NCBI GenBank assembly: GCA_009602735.1
Contig: WELA01000963.1
Span: 340,192-387,695, forward strand
Length of the DNA stretch: 47,504 nt
Direction: 5' to 3'
DNA from: Mesotaenium endlicherianum
Taxonomy: Eukaryota
The position numbers and the translations under genes are program-made. Below, piece after piece: positions 38,301 to 47,504 of this stretch. The notes under the pieces are model-generated. The model was not told the origin of the DNA, made no database searches, and worked only from the letters and a program-made list of their open reading frames with translations. Numbering within the stretch: position 1 is the first letter of the stretch; the number at the start of each line of letters is the position of its first letter.

Positions 38301-39606
38301 GATGTGGCGGCACCCGGTGTCAGGTCATAACTGGGCCAAGTGCAGGCGGGTGTGCGCCACAGGCAACTTCGCAGCCACGGCCCAGCCAGGTAACACGCGA
38401 GGTGGCGTGGTGCAGTCCCTGGGGGGAAATACTACTTGCGGAGTGCCAGCTGGCGCACAGGCGGAGCGGCCGTGCCCGGCACTCGAGGGACTGGGGTGTG
38501 CACTCAGGCTCCTCGACGTTTCATCGAGGGGTGCTTAAAGGGCTCAGGGTAAGGGTACGGGGGTTTTAATCTGTAGCATGGGGTTTAGGTGTACAAGCCT
38601 AGTGCGTACCAACTCCTTGAGCCATGTCAGGGGCCAAGTCGAGGTCCCAGAGTGCTGCTTGCTCTTTGCAGAGAGAGGCTCCTGTTGCCTCTCTCTCGAG
38701 GCTGAGGGGTTGAGCTCAGTTGAGCCTGAGCCTGCAGATGTGCACAACTTTCCCTCCTGCTCTTCCATCCCCCCAATGCTCCCTCCCTCCTCTCGCCCTC
38801 GCTCTGTCCGTCTCCTTCCTCTATGTCCCACGCTCCCTCTCCTTCCTCTCCGCCCCTCTCGAGAGAACTATGGTGTACACTCAACATGTGCATGGGGTGA
38901 TGTGGCAGCTTCGTGCAAGCAGAGATTGTCTCCCGACGATGGACTGCCGGCCCTTTATCCATCTGCCTACTATCCAGCCAGGCTTGTCCCCCACGTCTCA
39001 CTACAAGTCAGCCTTAAGCTCCATTTCTTGTTCTGGACCAAAGTCCAAAAGGTGCCAAATCGCATTCAAAGAGGAACTTCTGGTGCCCCAACAACTCTCT
39101 CCAGCTTCTCTGTGCCCCCAGGTTCACCAGCTGTAACTTGCAGCTCTGATGCCTGATACCCCTTATCTAATTCCTTCTTGTGCCAGAGTAGAATTCATTA
39201 GGTGATGCAAGAAGTAAAGAGGCTTGCGGAAGAAAATAGAGCGTTGGAGCGTGAACTTTGTGCACGCCCCCGGAGAAGGGCCGATTACAGGAGGAAGAGG
39301 AGCACATACAGCTGTGAAGCATTTCTTGAGGGAGAGTTCACTGGCTGGCGTAACGTTTACATAGCCAAACCGCCGAGTCCCGGCAGCACTCCCGTCAACA
39401 GCTGACGCGTTTGCCTGTGGCTGAAGCTTGCTGGGAACAAGCTCAACGCTGTGCACTTCACCAAATGATGCAAACCTTGCCTTGAGCTCTTTCTCTGTTA
39501 CATCTGAAGGGAGGCCGCCTACATAGAGACGAGTTGTTAAAGAAGCAGGTGGCTCTAGGGCAGGGGACAAGGGGACTAGAGAGTGATCAGGAGTTGAAGC
39601 GTCCAT
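31461..39606 (-). CDS. ROS3: RRM-domain protein of the ROS3 (REPRESSOR OF SILENCING 3)/nucleolar protein 8 family, ~1,380 aa
   Basis: In-phase exons 39606-39310, 38275-37964, 36919-35671 (alternative donor 35659), 34615-34477, 33600-31461. Motifs RLYVGGLP..RRFGYV, YNGCKWRGGRLRIEKA, GKHKYSFQ, LRFDP and C-terminal CPFMR..EEEW are those I recognise from plant ROS3/NOL8. The middle is long, acidic and low complexity. Orthology was not tested. Confidence 0.85.
35123..35353. repeat. (AG)n microsatellite spanning an assembly gap
   Basis: Pure AG repeat flanking an N run in a ROS3-like intron. Confidence 0.95.
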
Positions 39607-40219
39607 CGCTTTTCGTGGGCGTGCTTTTTGAGAGGATGATCACATTTATTATGTTTTTCACTCGCTAGAAGCATGGAGATTACTTCAAAAACTTGGTATA
39701 ATCAATAGCTAGGCACAATCACCAGAAGTCCTCCACATGTTCCGTGCGTATTCGAAGCGGCGCATATAGTGGACGAGTGAGTGACACTTTGCAACGGACG
39801 ATAATACATTCACGCAATGCATGGCCACTACAACGGAAAAGCATGGTTGTCCGCACTGCATGCTCTCCAAGTACTTGCTACTTGCTCATTTACTCTTCCT
39901 TTTACCACACGTCGTTAAGTGCTTCGTTCTCACAGCTAGAGAGAGGGACATGGCCAGACAAGGCGGTAAAAAGACGAGCTATATCTGACACCCTGTGCGC
40001 TATATATATAGCATTGTACGACGGCACTCGAATCCGTCTTCGTCGCGACTTCCTCTGCAACTACAGTCTCCTTCTAGTGAGCTTACACCAGTGAAACTTC
40101 GGACCAGCCATAGACTTGATTTGACTTGAGCGTACCCGACGCTTATAAAGAAGGGCACAGACAGCATCTGACGAATTCGTGCGCGATCTTGAAACACAGT
40201 TGCTGTCCAGCCCATGTAC

Positions 40220-40430
40220 GGGAAAGTCAGCGTTGACTGACTGACTGGACTAATGATGTGGACAAGTCAGCATTGAAAGTCAAAGACCAAGTCACATAAA
40301 AGGGTGACTGTGACGTGTCAAAACCAACACTTAGTAATGGGTGGGGTTTGACAGCCAGCACCAGGACAAACGGTCCACGCCAGCACCTGCAAGGTCGAGG
40401 AAGCTTACCCAGCAACTAGCTTAGCAATTG
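40220..40430 (+). mobile_element. Older fragment resembling the start of the family C LTR
   Basis: GAAAGTCAGCGTTGACT..AGTCAGC..GTCAAAGACCA..ATGGGTGGGGTTTGACAG parallels GAAAGTCAACGTTGACT..AGTCAGC..GTCAAGACCA..ATGGGGGAGGTTTTGACAAG at 40495-40626. Confidence 0.55.
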
Positions 40431-41778
40431 TGTCGCGACTATTATCCGTTTGATGGTGTCGCACGCGAAGCGCAAGCTACGGCCACCTAGTGCTGAAAGT
40501 CAACGTTGACTCACCGACCACTTGACTGATCACATCGCAGTCAGCGGTTATGGCGGCGTCAAGACCACTGGCAAGGGGTCAATGTCAGTGTGCCCCACAC
40601 CCAGAGATGGGGGAGGTTTTGACAAGACAGCCGCGAGGCTAGGAGCTGGGGATCAGCAATGAGCCGCCCAGCAAGTACCAGGTCAGGTACTGTGTGACTG
40701 GCAGATTAAGCCAGGTCATGGCTGCAATGCCAAGATAGGTTACGGCCGCCCGGTTGGGAAAACTTGAGCAAGTGGCATTTGCTTGCACGCCGCTCAGGAG
40801 TTCTTCGCCATGAGCCAATTAGGCGTGACTGCCAGCTGAGAAGCTAAGCAGCCACGCGCGACAGTCACAAGGTGTGCATGCATGCTGAATGACTACGAGT
40901 TTGAGTTGAGCATGGCTAGGCAGAGGCGACATGCAGCTAAGTTGTGTGACTAAGCACGGCATTCTCGAAAGATGATGCTGTGTGGTGCCTGCGAAAGGCA
41001 CGAATCTTGCCTGAGACATGTCATTCACTCTCACGCACCTTTGCCAGAAGCAGAAGGAAAGAGAAGAAGGGCGCAAAGAGGAAGAAGGAGTTTCCAAGGC
41101 CATTGGAAGGCCAAAGCCCCACGCTTCTGACAACGCTGAAGATTCTTCTGTGTATCATAGATAAGTTAGGATTGTAGGAGTTCCCAAGAGGGAATCTCAC
41201 GGTTGAAGAAGGAGAACTGCAGAATAGAATCTGCTAGGAGATTAGCACAGAGTCAGCCGAACGCCACAAGTGTGTGTGTGAAGCAGCCTTAAAATAGTGA
41301 GTTGTGTATTGATTTCCAAGTTCTAAAAAGTCGCATTCGCATCTCGAAGAGAGAGAGTAGTATTGACAAATAAAGCTCTCAGTGAAGAACTGAGTGAGCC
41401 CAGCCTGGCAGTGAAGAGCTGTTAAGGCGCGGTGTTAAGTGAAGAGCTTGACCCAGGCCGGCATAGACGTAGTTTCAGAGTTTTGTAAGCTGACTTGTGG
41501 AAGTTAAGCGAAAGCCTGAAGGGCGATTTTCTCTGAATCTAACGTTGCATGTCAAGCTGCTTAGAGTGTGATTTCTGCAAACTACAATTTGCTCACTTGT
41601 GAACCCAAGAACCTTAAGGCATAAAGCCTATGTGGAAGTAAGAGACTTCTGTCCTACTTCTGAGAACTTCAGTTCTGTGGTTCAGGTGAATAGAAATTCC
41701 CAAGCAAATTGGGGATTGAGGCCTGTGAGGGCTGCCGGTGGTCAACCTGGAAGGGGACCCGGAGAAATTCAACTGTAC

Positions 41779-44146
41779 ATGCAGTTGAGGAGTGGAAGAC
41801 TCTACTACCCTGTGGAGCGTGCGGAAGGTTCTGATTCAAGCCAGAGTCCACGAGAAAGTGAGACATCTGAGCACACAGATAACCTGTGGAGTGAGCAACC
41901 GTCGAGAGACGAGTCACGCCATACTGCCACGAACGGTGAGAATCCGTATAACGTGCGAGCTTTTGTACCCAATTTGGGCAGAGAGCACGACGTGTGGGAT
42001 AAAGATAGTGAGTCGTGGTCACCACTCGAAATGACTGGTGATGATAAGGATGAAAATCCTAAGTTCAAGCTGTCTACAAAGTGTTTTAGTGGACGAACCA
42101 GTGGAAATAGTCTCATTTTCGAAGAGTTTGATGAGATCTATTGGGCTGACTTCTTTGAGAAAATCCGAAAGGATTCTTCTTACACTCAGTCAGTCGCTTT
42201 TATAAGCTTGGTTTAGTACTTGGACAAGGATGCCTTGTTGCTGTATCGCCAATTTCGGAAGGATGAGAACCTTACCCAGGAATGGGCGTTTGACGAGCAA
42301 AAGAAGACGAGAGATTTGAAAATCCAGAAAGAGGCTGCGAAAGCCCGCCTGTCCGCTTCGTCATCAGGAAGAGCGATACCTGCTGCACCTGTTGAGAGCG
42401 TAGACTTAGCTGCACTAACACAAGAATTAACAGATGCCATGAAGCATCTCACCGAGGGTCAGCAGCGAGCGGCTACTCGAGATGATGATGCTGGATCTGT
42501 CGCAGAATTGCGTTAAGTGTGTGCAGAATTGTCTGAAAAGATTGCTAATGCTCAGGAACGAGTAACACGCAGAGCTGCACCTTTTACAGGGCAGCATGGT
42601 GATAGTGTCACCACGTAAGCAAGCCATGCGCAAGCGTTGGCTAGTTGCCGTAGGGATATGGAGGCTGGGGATGACCAGTTAGACTCTGAGCACTGTCTGC
42701 GTCGTTTCTTTAAGTTGCTTGAAGCAACATTCCCAGAGGATCGCAGTCTTAAAGTGCACCGCTATGTGCATTTTGTCCGTCAGAAGAACGAGACAGTGAT
42801 GGAGGTCAAATCCAGATTGGTAGACCTTGCCAAGAAGGCAGGAATCTATGAGCCTAGGATTGTGGCTGACAAATTCTTATTGTGTCTGGGTAAAGATACA
42901 GATCGGGAGGTCAGGCCGCACCTATCTGCGAAACGCGGAATCGACTGGAACATCGACGAGGCTGCTGAAATAGCACGCAATGTCGAGGAAGGTAAAGTCT
43001 GGTACAAGGAGGCTTCCAGGACGCTTATGGCTCCTGAGAGAAGGGAGGAATCCTTTCAGCCCAAGGCCAATAGCTCTAATTTTCAGTTTAAGAAAAAGAG
43101 CGGGTCTTTCAATAGGTTTGCTAAGCACGCCAACACTGTTGAGACAACAGAGGGCTGTTGGAACTGCGGGAAATCAGGACATCAGAAGAGAGATTATCCG
43201 TACCCGGATGCTAAGCAATTGTCTGCTAGCAAGGCGCAGGTATGCGCACATTGCAGTAAAAAGGGACACTCAGAAGATGAGTGTTGGTCCAAGAACCCAA
43301 ATCTGAAACCACCATGGGCTAATGCTGCCACGAAAGAGGCGGATAAGGGTAAGAAACGGGAGAGAGATAACTCTGGTAACCGGAAGGGTAACCAGAAGTA
43401 TGATGCTATGAGTGCAGAGAGTGCAGAGTTGAAAGCTCAATTTGCAAGACTAAATGTGCCTACTGTCTATTATGATGCAGATGTGGCCGAAAAGACCGTC
43501 TGCAAAGGCGAGAAGCTGACGTCTGAGAAGGCCGTGGCTGCAACGGCTGCGGAGCGCGCAGATCATGACCGTTTGGTTCCAAGGAATGCTGGGAAGCTTC
43601 CTCAGACCTTTCGGATCACTCTCGATGAGAACGAGATTGCGCAGCTACGACAAGCCAAGCCTGGGCCACGCAAGACATTTAGTTTTTCACTGGAAAAGCT
43701 GAAGGCTCTGGTGGAACACCGGATTCAGCACATTCCTTGTCTTTCACTTGCTGATCTGCGTCTTACATATCCTTTCACGATTGAGGAAGCCGGACAGCAG
43801 CTGGACCTAGCTGAGGAAGGCGCAAACAGCGCTTCGCTGCCTACTAATTTCAACACTGTGAGAGTGCAGAACAGGGATAGACGTTTAAGAACTGGGCCGC
43901 TCCCAATATCCTTTTGGACATTGGCGCACAGCCAGTAATCTTGGGAAAGCTAGCTGTGAAAGCTCTGGGATTGACGGCAAGGGACCTGAAAGAAAGTCCT
44001 TTCCAGTTGACTGCATCTGGGCAAATTTCAAAGTCTTGTGGAATCACCCGCAAGCCTGTGGAAATCACACTAAACTTGGGGAAACCTGAGGAAGCCAACA
44101 CAATGAAGCAAGGGGCTAGCAGCCAGCCCCGACACAGGCAAGCAAG
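41779..44146 (+). pseudogene. gag plus N-terminal half of the aspartic protease of element C (disrupted)
   Basis: One frame from 41779 (MQLRSGR) to 43938 with in-frame stops at 42214, 42514 and 42616. RQKNETV gag motif; knuckles CWNCGKSGHQKRDY and CAHCSKKGHSEDEC. Protease NILLDIGAQPVILG lies in the -1 frame from ~43881. Confidence 0.85.
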
Positions 44147-47100
44147 GTGACAGAGGCAGAAAACTATGATGTTCTATTGGGGATAGAAGCTCTGATTCCC
44201 CTGGGTATGGTCATCCACCTGCGGAAGCAGAGGGTGACTTACCAGTCGACAGATCGGCAGCCGACAGGAAAAATTCCTGTAAAAATGGTTTGCTCCGGAG
44301 AAGCAAACTACAGACTGCTAGACTGCTATGTGAATGACCAGTATCCAGACCATTATGACCTCATCATGCAACGCGAAGAGAAGATCTACACCAGCATCAA
44401 CATGCCAACTCCCTTGGTTTGGCAACCTTGGATTATGGAGCAACTAGAAGCTGTGAGTAACAGGGACCGTGGCCCGCAAGAGCTGCTGCCAGTTCCTTAT
44501 CCAGTTAAGACTGCTGCCAATTTGATGCCTGGAGTAGACCCATTGCCGCAAGGCATTGTGAGGATGGAAGATCCTTTTTGCAGGAGAGGAGTAGTAGTGC
44601 TGGAAGCCGGACTTGGTACTGGAACCATCGCACTGATTCAGCGAGGTATCCAAGTATCCAAAGTGCTGTATGTGGACAATGATGAGAATGTTTCTACAGC
44701 ATTTGAGGAGGTCATGAGTCAGATGCGGCAAATGTACCATTTCAAGGCATTGGTGCCCACTAGTGTGGTGCGTCTTGCTGGAGGAAACATTCTCGATGTG
44801 AAGTCTGAGGACCTGTATGGTTACAGGATTGACTGGATTTTTGCGGGATTCCCTTGTCAACCTTTTTCGCAAGCTGGGAACAGGAGGGGATTCAATAACC
44901 CGCGAGCACAACACTGGGGAAGGATGGTGAAGATCATCAGTATGCTGCGGGAACGCCAGCATCTCTACCCACCAGTGTTTGTGATTGAGAATGTACATCC
45001 AGGGATGGATTACAACCAGATGAAGCCAGGAGATCCATGGCTGGTCTTCGACTCCACCCTAGGTCATCATGTGTTGATCAACGACGCCAGGCACGGAGGA
45101 CTCTCACACCGGGCCAGACTATTTTGGACCAACGGCATGTCCATTGAAATCCTGAGGGAGATGGAGGAGATTACGCGGCGCACGCCAACGGCAGTATCTG
45201 TGGGAGAAGCACTGATGGTGGAAACCAAGCCAGTGATCAGGAGGGATTCCTACCCACAGTACGTCGTCAACGAGCCAAGCCGGCCAAGGGTGGTGCTGCC
45301 CACCTTCACAACATACCCAGGATCACGCGCTTTCGTGAATGGAGGACCAGGAATGGTCAAAGATGTGCACGACAGAGAAGCTCAGTGGAGAGAGCCGACA
45401 GCTGAAGAGAAGGGAAGGTGCCTGGGGGTACCCAACTCCATTGCACAAGAGAATGTTGCAATGGTGGGACAGGACAGCGCTAAGAAGATATTCGGCAATA
45501 TGATTGGGCATCACTCCATGACATGGTTGGTAGAGACGATTATTACTTGGCAACAGATGACGTTCTCTGACAAGCCTATGCCCAGGCCGAGGCCGGTAAC
45601 GATTGGAGTCCATGTGGTGCCAACCTCTGATCAGAGAGCTATTAAAGAAGCGTATCAGCGACAAAAAGAATATGGTATTGAAAGAGACGCAGCTGAGGCT
45701 GACCAAGATGAAACACTCAGAGAAACCAGAGTGGTGGAGCTGACTAGGTGTCAAGACTTATTGACGCGAATTGACAATCGGATGGCGACTCTACACGACC
45801 CTCTGGAAAGAGAGCTGCGGAGGCTACGAGAAGACGTAACCATGGAAGACCAGGCAACTGGTGCAGCAAACCCTTTGGTGAGCGCTGCAGTAACACAGGA
45901 GGTCCCAGCATCTGCAGATCGCTCCAGCCAAGTATTTGGGAGGATGCCGGAATGGGAAAAATATACCAGTTCTGAGTTACGAAACATGGCCCCAGACCAA
46001 GTCTTCGGGAGCCCATCCCCAGACGCGGTAACATCAAGATATGAAGAACGCCAGTGCAATATTGGCGAATGGGCCGAAGAATGCAGTCAAAATTTAGGAA
46101 ATTCTGGAGGGTCTGGAAAGACCATTTGCCTGGAGGTGATTTTTGAAGAACACAAGAAGGAGACGGCCAAGAGATTCCCCGCCACACTTGCTCTGATGAG
46201 CCCAGGGCCAGAGGCCAAAGGGCAACCACAAGACACAGTTGGCAGCACAGCTGAGTCGATCACCAGGCAAATCATGGCGCAGTTGCTGGAAGCAGACGCC
46301 CCTCGACTCAAGGAAGAGAAAGTGGCGAAAGCAGCTCTCGCTCTACCGTCAGCCATCATCAACATGGCGAGGCTCAACACAGGAGGGGATGAAGAATTAC
46401 CGCCTCCTGGAACAGAGAAGTCGGAGGAGGAAGAGGATGCAGAGATGCAAGGCCTCTCGGAGTTGGAGTCACCATCACTCAACAATGAAGGGGACATTAG
46501 GGAAGAAATTCCACGTTTTCCCACGCCAGAGTTGGATCTGCTTCACTTACAGGAGCTGAGGGCAGACGACTGGGTGGCTGACCACCTGATGGGGCCAAGC
46601 CCGGCAGACCTTTATGAAGAATTAAGGTCGCCAACATCCAGTTCTCCTTCTGCCAGTCTTCCAGTGGCAGAACCCAAGTCAACCGCAAAACCGCCGCAAC
46701 GGCAGGAGGTGACTGCCAGCACTGCTAAAGTGGAGACAGCACAAGGAAAGCCCAAAAGTCGTGCAAGCAGACCAAGGAAGGTGGCCCGTGAGGGTAACGC
46801 ATCTTTTAGGAGGATGCTAAAGCGATATTTCAAGCATAAGGGGAAGGCTCAGAGAGAGGGCGTTCCGCGAGGAACCACAGCCCCACCTCCTCCGCCTCTG
46901 CGGGATATTCTGCAGAGAGAGGGAGAGGACGGTTTGGTTCGCAGGGCAATGGCATTGGGCATTAGTATGCCGCCAGGCATGAACACGCCCTTGTTGCAAC
47001 TATCAGATCTTAGGATACAGAGGTTGGAGGAGCCTGCTCTCATGATACCTGCAATCCCAGGATGGGAACTGATGGATCTGAGAAACACCATCAGCCGCTT

Positions 47101-47504
47101 GACCGCAGCAGATGATGCCTTTCTCGAACAACTAGCGGCATCTCAAAGGCCGCTAACATTGGCGCAGGCATGGATGGTCACACCACCCGCAAGGGAGGAG
47201 TATGGCACGACCGTCGCCCGCATGGCTATTATTGAGCGAGAATGGGGCTGGGCGATCAGCCCTAGGTTAGATCCCGCAGGTTTTCCAATGGCAAACCAAC
47301 CTCGGCCACGTGAAGAAGGAGGAACCGGGACCAGTTGGACTGCAGTCGACGAGGAAATGTTTTTGAGGCAGCCCATCCGGAGGCGCCTGACATACCCCTT
47401 ACCGCAGGAGAGGCGACGCGTCATTGGGAAAGGTAAAAAGCCTAAGAAACAGGCTGCCAAACTTATGGCAACGGAGGAGCAAGCTGCAAAGCCTGCTACC
47501 CCAC
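44147..47504 (+). CDS. Open frame of >1,100 codons: protease C-terminal half, DNMT3/DRM-like cytosine-5 methyltransferase (~44590-45540), then an unknown ~650-aa region; incomplete at the 3' end
   Basis: Manual translation finds no stop from 44147 to the window end. Motifs in order: VVVLEAGLGTG (I), VLYVDND (II), GNILDV (III), DWIFAGFPCQPFSQAG (IV, PCQ 44852-44860), FVIENV (VI, ENV 44987-44995), HRARLFWTN (VIII, 45107-45133), EPTAEEKGRCLGVP (IX), KKIFGNMI (X, 45482-45505). Confidence 0.9.
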   Translation, partial: MTEAENYDVLLGIEALIPLGMVIHLRKQRVTYQSTDRQPTGKIPVKMVCSGEANYRLLDCYVNDQYPDHYDLIMQREEKIYTSINMPTPLVWQPWIMEQLEAVSNRDRGPQELLPVPYPVKTAANLMPGVDPLPQGIVRMEDPFCRRGVVVLEAGLGTGTIALIQRGIQVSKVLYVDNDENVSTAFEEVMSQMRQMYHFKALVPTSVVRLAGGNILDVKSEDLYGYRIDWIFAGFPCQPFSQAGNRRGFNNPRAQHWGRMVKIISMLRERQHLYPPVFVIENVHPGMDYNQMKPGDPWLVFDSTLGHHVLINDARHGGLSHRARLFWTNGMSIEILREMEEITRRTPTAVSVGEALMVETKPVIRRDSYPQYVVNEPSRPRVVLPTFTTYPGSRAFVNGGPGMVKDVHDREAQWREPTAEEKGRCLGVPNSIAQENVAMVGQDSAKKIFGNMIGHHSMTWLVETIITWQQMTFSDKPMPRPRPVTIGVHVVPTSDQRAIKEAYQRQKEYGIERDAAEADQDETLRETRVVELTRCQDLLTRIDNRMATLHDPLERELRRLREDVTMEDQATGAANPLVSAAVTQEVPASADRSSQVFGRMPEWEKYTSSELRNMAPDQVFGSPSPDAVTSRYEERQCNIGEWAEECSQNLGNSGGSGKTICLEVIFEEHKKETAKRFPATLALMSPGPEAKGQPQDTVGSTAESITRQIMAQLLEADAPRLKEEKVAKAALALPSAIINMARLNTGGDEELPPPGTEKSEEEEDAEMQGLSELESPSLNNEGDIREEIPRFPTPELDLLHLQELRADDWVADHLMGPSPADLYEELRSPTSSSPSASLPVAEPKSTAKPPQRQEVTASTAKVETAQGKPKSRASRPRKVAREGNASFRRMLKRYFKHKGKAQREGVPRGTTAPPPPPLRDILQREGEDGLVRRAMALGISMPPGMNTPLLQLSDLRIQRLEEPALMIPAIPGWELMDLRNTISRLTAADDAFLEQLAASQRPLTLAQAWMVTPPAREEYGTTVARMAIIEREWGWAISPRLDPAGFPMANQPRPREEGGTGTSWTAVDEEMFLRQPIRRRLTYPLPQERRRVIGKGKKPKKQAAKLMATEEQAAKPATP

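Larger units (their letters stand above)
40431..47504 (+). mobile_element. LTR retrotransposon (family C) carrying a cytosine-5 DNA methyltransferase; runs off the right edge
   Basis: Starts TGTCGCGACT; ~1.3-1.5 kb LTR-like region with a second copy at 18279-19639; gag with two CCHC-type knuckles; aspartic protease LLDIGAQP..YDVLLG; DNMT domain. The LTR 3' end and PBS were not pinned down. RT and integrase are not within the window. Confidence 0.85.

Noticed and set aside
41912..41945. LTR C end (AGTCACGCCA) followed by a PBS
   Set aside because: The terminus is only a near match, the following bases lack TGG or recognisable tRNA complementarity, and it would fall inside the apparent gag frame. 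Left unresolved.
44106..44147. Small insertion with an 8-bp TSD explaining the protease frameshift
   Set aside because: Removing the 34-bp unit does not restore the frame.
44147..45540. Bacterial restriction-modification methylase or contamination
   Set aside because: The domain is in frame with a retroviral-type protease downstream of gag and an LTR, has a DNMT3-type motif VIII, and no restriction enzyme or operon context is present.

Overview
Eukaryotic nuclear DNA, most likely from a streptophyte green alga (inferred from plant-type genes, GC-rich exons, many GT-AG introns and AG/CA microsatellites with N gaps). It holds three intron-containing host genes: the 5' part of plastid-targeted HMBPP synthase ispG/HDS (- strand, running off the left edge), a Sec14/CRAL-TRIO gene (+) and a ROS3/NOL8-like RRM gene (-). 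Between ispG and the Sec14 gene lies an ~18 kb nest of decayed retroelements: a PAT/DIRS-type tyrosine-recombinase element, two Ty3/gypsy chromoviruses, a solo LTR with a perfect TSD, and an LTR fragment of a fourth family. The main observation is at the right end. An LTR element of that fourth family (gag with two zinc knuckles, then aspartic protease) continues into a stop-free reading frame of more than 1,100 codons (44147 to the window end), absent from the ORF track because it has no stop codon in the window. This frame encodes a DNMT3/DRM-like cytosine-5 DNA methyltransferase domain followed by about 650 aa of unrecognised sequence. All calls come from manual translation and motif recognition; no searches were run.
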